From Callorhinchus milii (taxonomy: Eukaryota), in NCBI RefSeq assembly GCF_018977255.1, contig NW_024704742.1, positions 69,256,001 through 69,320,000 on the forward strand: 64,000 nucleotides of DNA. The letters are read 5' to 3'. Within the stretch, counting starts at the first letter, position 1, and every line of letters starts with the position of its first letter. The position numbers and the translations under genes were made by a program. Shown here piece by piece: positions 60,864-64,000 of the stretch. The notes under the pieces are model-generated. The model worked only from the letters and a program-made list of their open reading frames with translations. It made no database searches and had not been told where the DNA came from.

Positions 60864-61435
60864 CTAGAAATAAACAGATCATAATTTCAAATGGTCAATT
60901 GTACCTATTTACCTAAGTCCATATTAACCTGTCTGCTTCCTCCCACCATCGGCGGTCAGGCCAACTGCGTCTCTGCCCCCACCCTTTGGAACTCCTCCCC
61001 AAGGTCCCTTCACCTCACTCCCTCCCTTGCCTCCTTCAAGGCAAGTTTCAAGATCTTCTTCGACCCCGCCTTCAGTCACCCTCCTGCCCGACCCTCCCTA
61101 CCTTCCAACCGTCCTGATCCCAACTCCCTGCTCAGGTCCAAAACCTTGACTAACCAGCGCCTTAGAATGCCCTCTTGACGTGAAAGGTGCTATAAAAATG
61201 TAATTTGTTGTTATTGTATTTATTTGTGGATTTCTTAACACAACAATTAAGGACTTTTTCCAATGGAGCAGAATAAATATTATTACATTTACATATTTAC
61301 GTTTAAATATTACATTTGATACAGCGCCTTTTCACGTTGTTACAAAATCTCAAAATACTAAATAATAATTCTTGCATTTGATGTAGCATCTTAGCATGTC
61401 GTTGAGATGTCTCAAAGTGCTTTACAGGAAATCCA

Positions 61436-62566
61436 CAAGATTAGGGCCCATGGAATTAAGGGGAATATATTAACATGGATTGAAGAATGGCTGACGGGAA
61501 GAAACCAAAGAGTATGGATAAATGGATCCTTCTGAGATTGGCGGGATGTGACTAGTGGAATGCCACAAGGATCAGTGCTTGGGCCTCAACTATTTACAAT
61601 CCACATCAACGATCTAGATGAGGACATCGAACTTAATATATCTAAATTCGCGGATGACACTAAACTAGTAGGGAGACTAAACACCGAGGATGACATTAGA
61701 AAAAGGCAACGAGATATAGACAGGTTAGGTGAGTGGGCAAATAGGTGGCAGATGAAGTATAATGTAGGGAAGTGTGAATTCATCCACCTCGGTGAGAAAA
61801 ACAGAAGAGCAGATTATTTTTTAGAAGGGGAGTGACGAGATAGTGTTAGCGTTCAGAGGGACTTGGGTGTCCTTGTACACCAGTCACAAAAGTTATTTTA
61901 CAGGTATAGCAAGCAATCAGGAAGGCTAACAGTATGTTGGCATTTGTTACAAAAGGGTTAGAATATAAGATTAGGGTAGTTTTGCTGCAACTGTACAAGG
62001 CCCTGGTGAGAGCACACCTGTGTGTGCAGTTTTGGTCTCCTTATTTAAGAAAGGACGTACTTGCCTTGGAGGAGTTACAATGTAGATTCATTAGGTTGGT
62101 ACCAGGGATGAGGTCGATGAGTTATGAGGATAGGTTGAGTAATTTAGGCCTATATTCTCTGGAATATAGAAGAATGAGAGGTGATCTTATAGAAACCTAT
62201 AAGATTATTAAGGTGCATGACAGAATAGATAGTGGGAGACTTTTTCCCTGGTTGGAGAAACTATAACCCGGGTCCACAGTCTTAAAATTCGGGGTAAGCC
62301 CTTTCGCACTGACTTGAGGAAAAACTTCTTCACTCAGAGGGTAGTGCATTTATGGAATTCTCTACCCCAAAGGGCTGTAGATTCTCAGTCCTTGAACGTA
62401 TTCAAGACTGAGATTGATAGATTTCTTCTGGATAAAAAGATTAAGCGATATGGGGATAAGGCGGGTGGGTGGAGTTAGAATAGATCAGCCATGATCTTAT
62501 TGAAAGGCGGGGCAGGCTAGAGGGGCCGAATGGTCTACTCCTGCTGCTAATTCTTATGTTCTTATG
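61436..62566 (+). mobile_element. CR1-clade LINE 3' fragment (RT plus tail), probably in FABP intron 1
   Basis: PQGSVLGPQLF, KFADDTKL, WQMKYNVGKC and RRMRGDLIETYKI, ending in a TTCTTATG tandem tail. Confidence 0.92.
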
Positions 62567-62569
62567 ATA

Positions 62570-62922
62570 TACTGTAAAGTGAAGTGACTGTGTGTTTTTG
62601 TGGGTGAATGTGGCAGACAATTTGCACTCAGCAACATCCCACAAAGAGCCATGAAGTGAGTAATCAATTATATTTGCGGGATTGTCGGTCAGGACCCCAG
62701 GAGAGAGAAACTCCTTTCTCTTTTTGGTTAGTGCCATGGGACCATTAACATCCACCTGAACAGGCAAAGGGGACCTTGGTTTAACATCTCATTTGAAGGA
62801 TGGAACCCCAGCATTCCATTTGAGTTTCAGGCTAGGCTATATGGGTTTCAAGTCCTAATGTAGGACTTCAAGCCACAACCTTCTGACTGAAAGTAGATAG
62901 TGCTACCAATTGAGCCAGGCTG
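62570..62922 (-). mobile_element. SINE family B
   Basis: Head near 62920 with Deu-type core. Confidence 0.75.
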
Positions 62923-64000
62923 ATGCTTCAGAAGGGATTGATAGTGCTTTGCTGGAGCACCACAAAACAGCCAAACAGGGCAACAAATATCCTTCAGTTT
63001 GGTGGTGGGCAGCTGGTGGGGGCACAGTTGCAAGATTGCTGATATGCTGGATTGTCAGATGAAATGTTAAACAAAGATCCATCTATTCCTGTTCAAATCC
63101 CTTCATGCTCTGGCACCTTCCTACCTCTCCAACCTGCTTACTCCTGAACCCACTACCCGTTGCTTCCACTCGACTGGCTCTGGCCTCCTGCTTGACCATC
63201 GGTGGCTGTACTTTCAGCCACTTTGCCCCGTCCTTCCCCATCTTCAGGTTCCGCCTGAAGACTCTTAGACTCTTCAGCTGTGCCTAGGGTCACCTGCCCA
63301 TGAGCTCAGTGTCATGCTTTACCACTGTCAAGTGCTCTGGGATGCTATATAAATGCAAATTGTTATTGTTAATGGTAAGGATCCCATGGTGCTATTCGTA
63401 AAGAGAAGGTGCAAACAATCCCCAGATAAAATTGATTACTCACTCCATGGCTGTTTGCGAAACCGGGAGGTAAAGACTTGTGTTGTTTGGATGGGTTGGG
63501 TTGTTTTGCCCTTCTCTGGGCTGGATTTGGTTCTGTTTGGTTGGTTCCTGGTCTAGATTTCATAACACTGGGTTGGGTTACTGCCCCCCCCCAACCCGCC
63601 TCACCCACAAACACACCCCAACACACACACATACTATTTTTACTAATTTGCCCACTGTATAATTCATTGCACACGACGTATCTGTTCTGCAATATCCAAT
63701 GCATATATCTACGTTAGTCTCACATTTTTAAATATAGCAGTTGCTCTGTGTATGTTCTTAAACTCAGATCAACAATGATCCAGGATAGATTGAATGCCAT
63801 CGCAATCCTATCTATTGCGCACGGTTTGACACATTCATTAAGTTTTGATCAAACCCTGGGTTTGCTGATTCCTAACGGGTAGTGTGGTCCCAGCTGGACA
63901 AGCAGCGGTAAAGCTTGCCAGACAGTTCTCTCAATGGCAAGCTGTGCAGCTTTAACTGGTTAAACTTCAGCAGGTACCCCATCACACGCTTTTGGGTCCT

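Noticed and set aside
60864..64000. FABP exon 1
   Set aside because: I found no exon resembling M.F.GKY...QEN...FMKA.G, so it probably lies beyond the window.

Overview
Vertebrate genomic DNA, not prokaryotic. The repeat content (Deu-domain SINEs, L2 and CR1 LINEs) suggests a cartilaginous fish, probably a holocephalan; this is inference. The minus strand carries a complete THNSL2 coding region (8 coding exons, 45176 to 33516, 1437 nt, 478 aa, all introns GT-AG with consistent phases) and a probable upstream exon at 45947-45740. It also carries exons 2-4 of a divergent FABP1-like gene (60863-56745; exon 1 not found in the window). Between them lies a decayed second FABP1-like copy (about 49.6-50.9 kb). 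Most of the rest is two SINE families, L2 and CR1 fragments, an unclassified A-tailed repeat and one non-autonomous Helitron. Positions 1-33 kb contain no recognisable gene but have enhancer-like unique islands and CTCF motifs. Best leads: (1) both FABP copies have Ser in place of the carboxylate-binding Arg122; (2) a strong-Kozak uORF or possible targeting peptide abuts the THNSL2 start; (3) a CR1-derived hairpin contains a THNSL2 branch-point candidate; (4) fold-back duplications recur at retroposon junctions. I see no evidence for a wholly new multi-gene system. Comparisons with human proteins and repeat families are from memory, not from searches. Repeat boundaries are approximate and only representative copies are listed.
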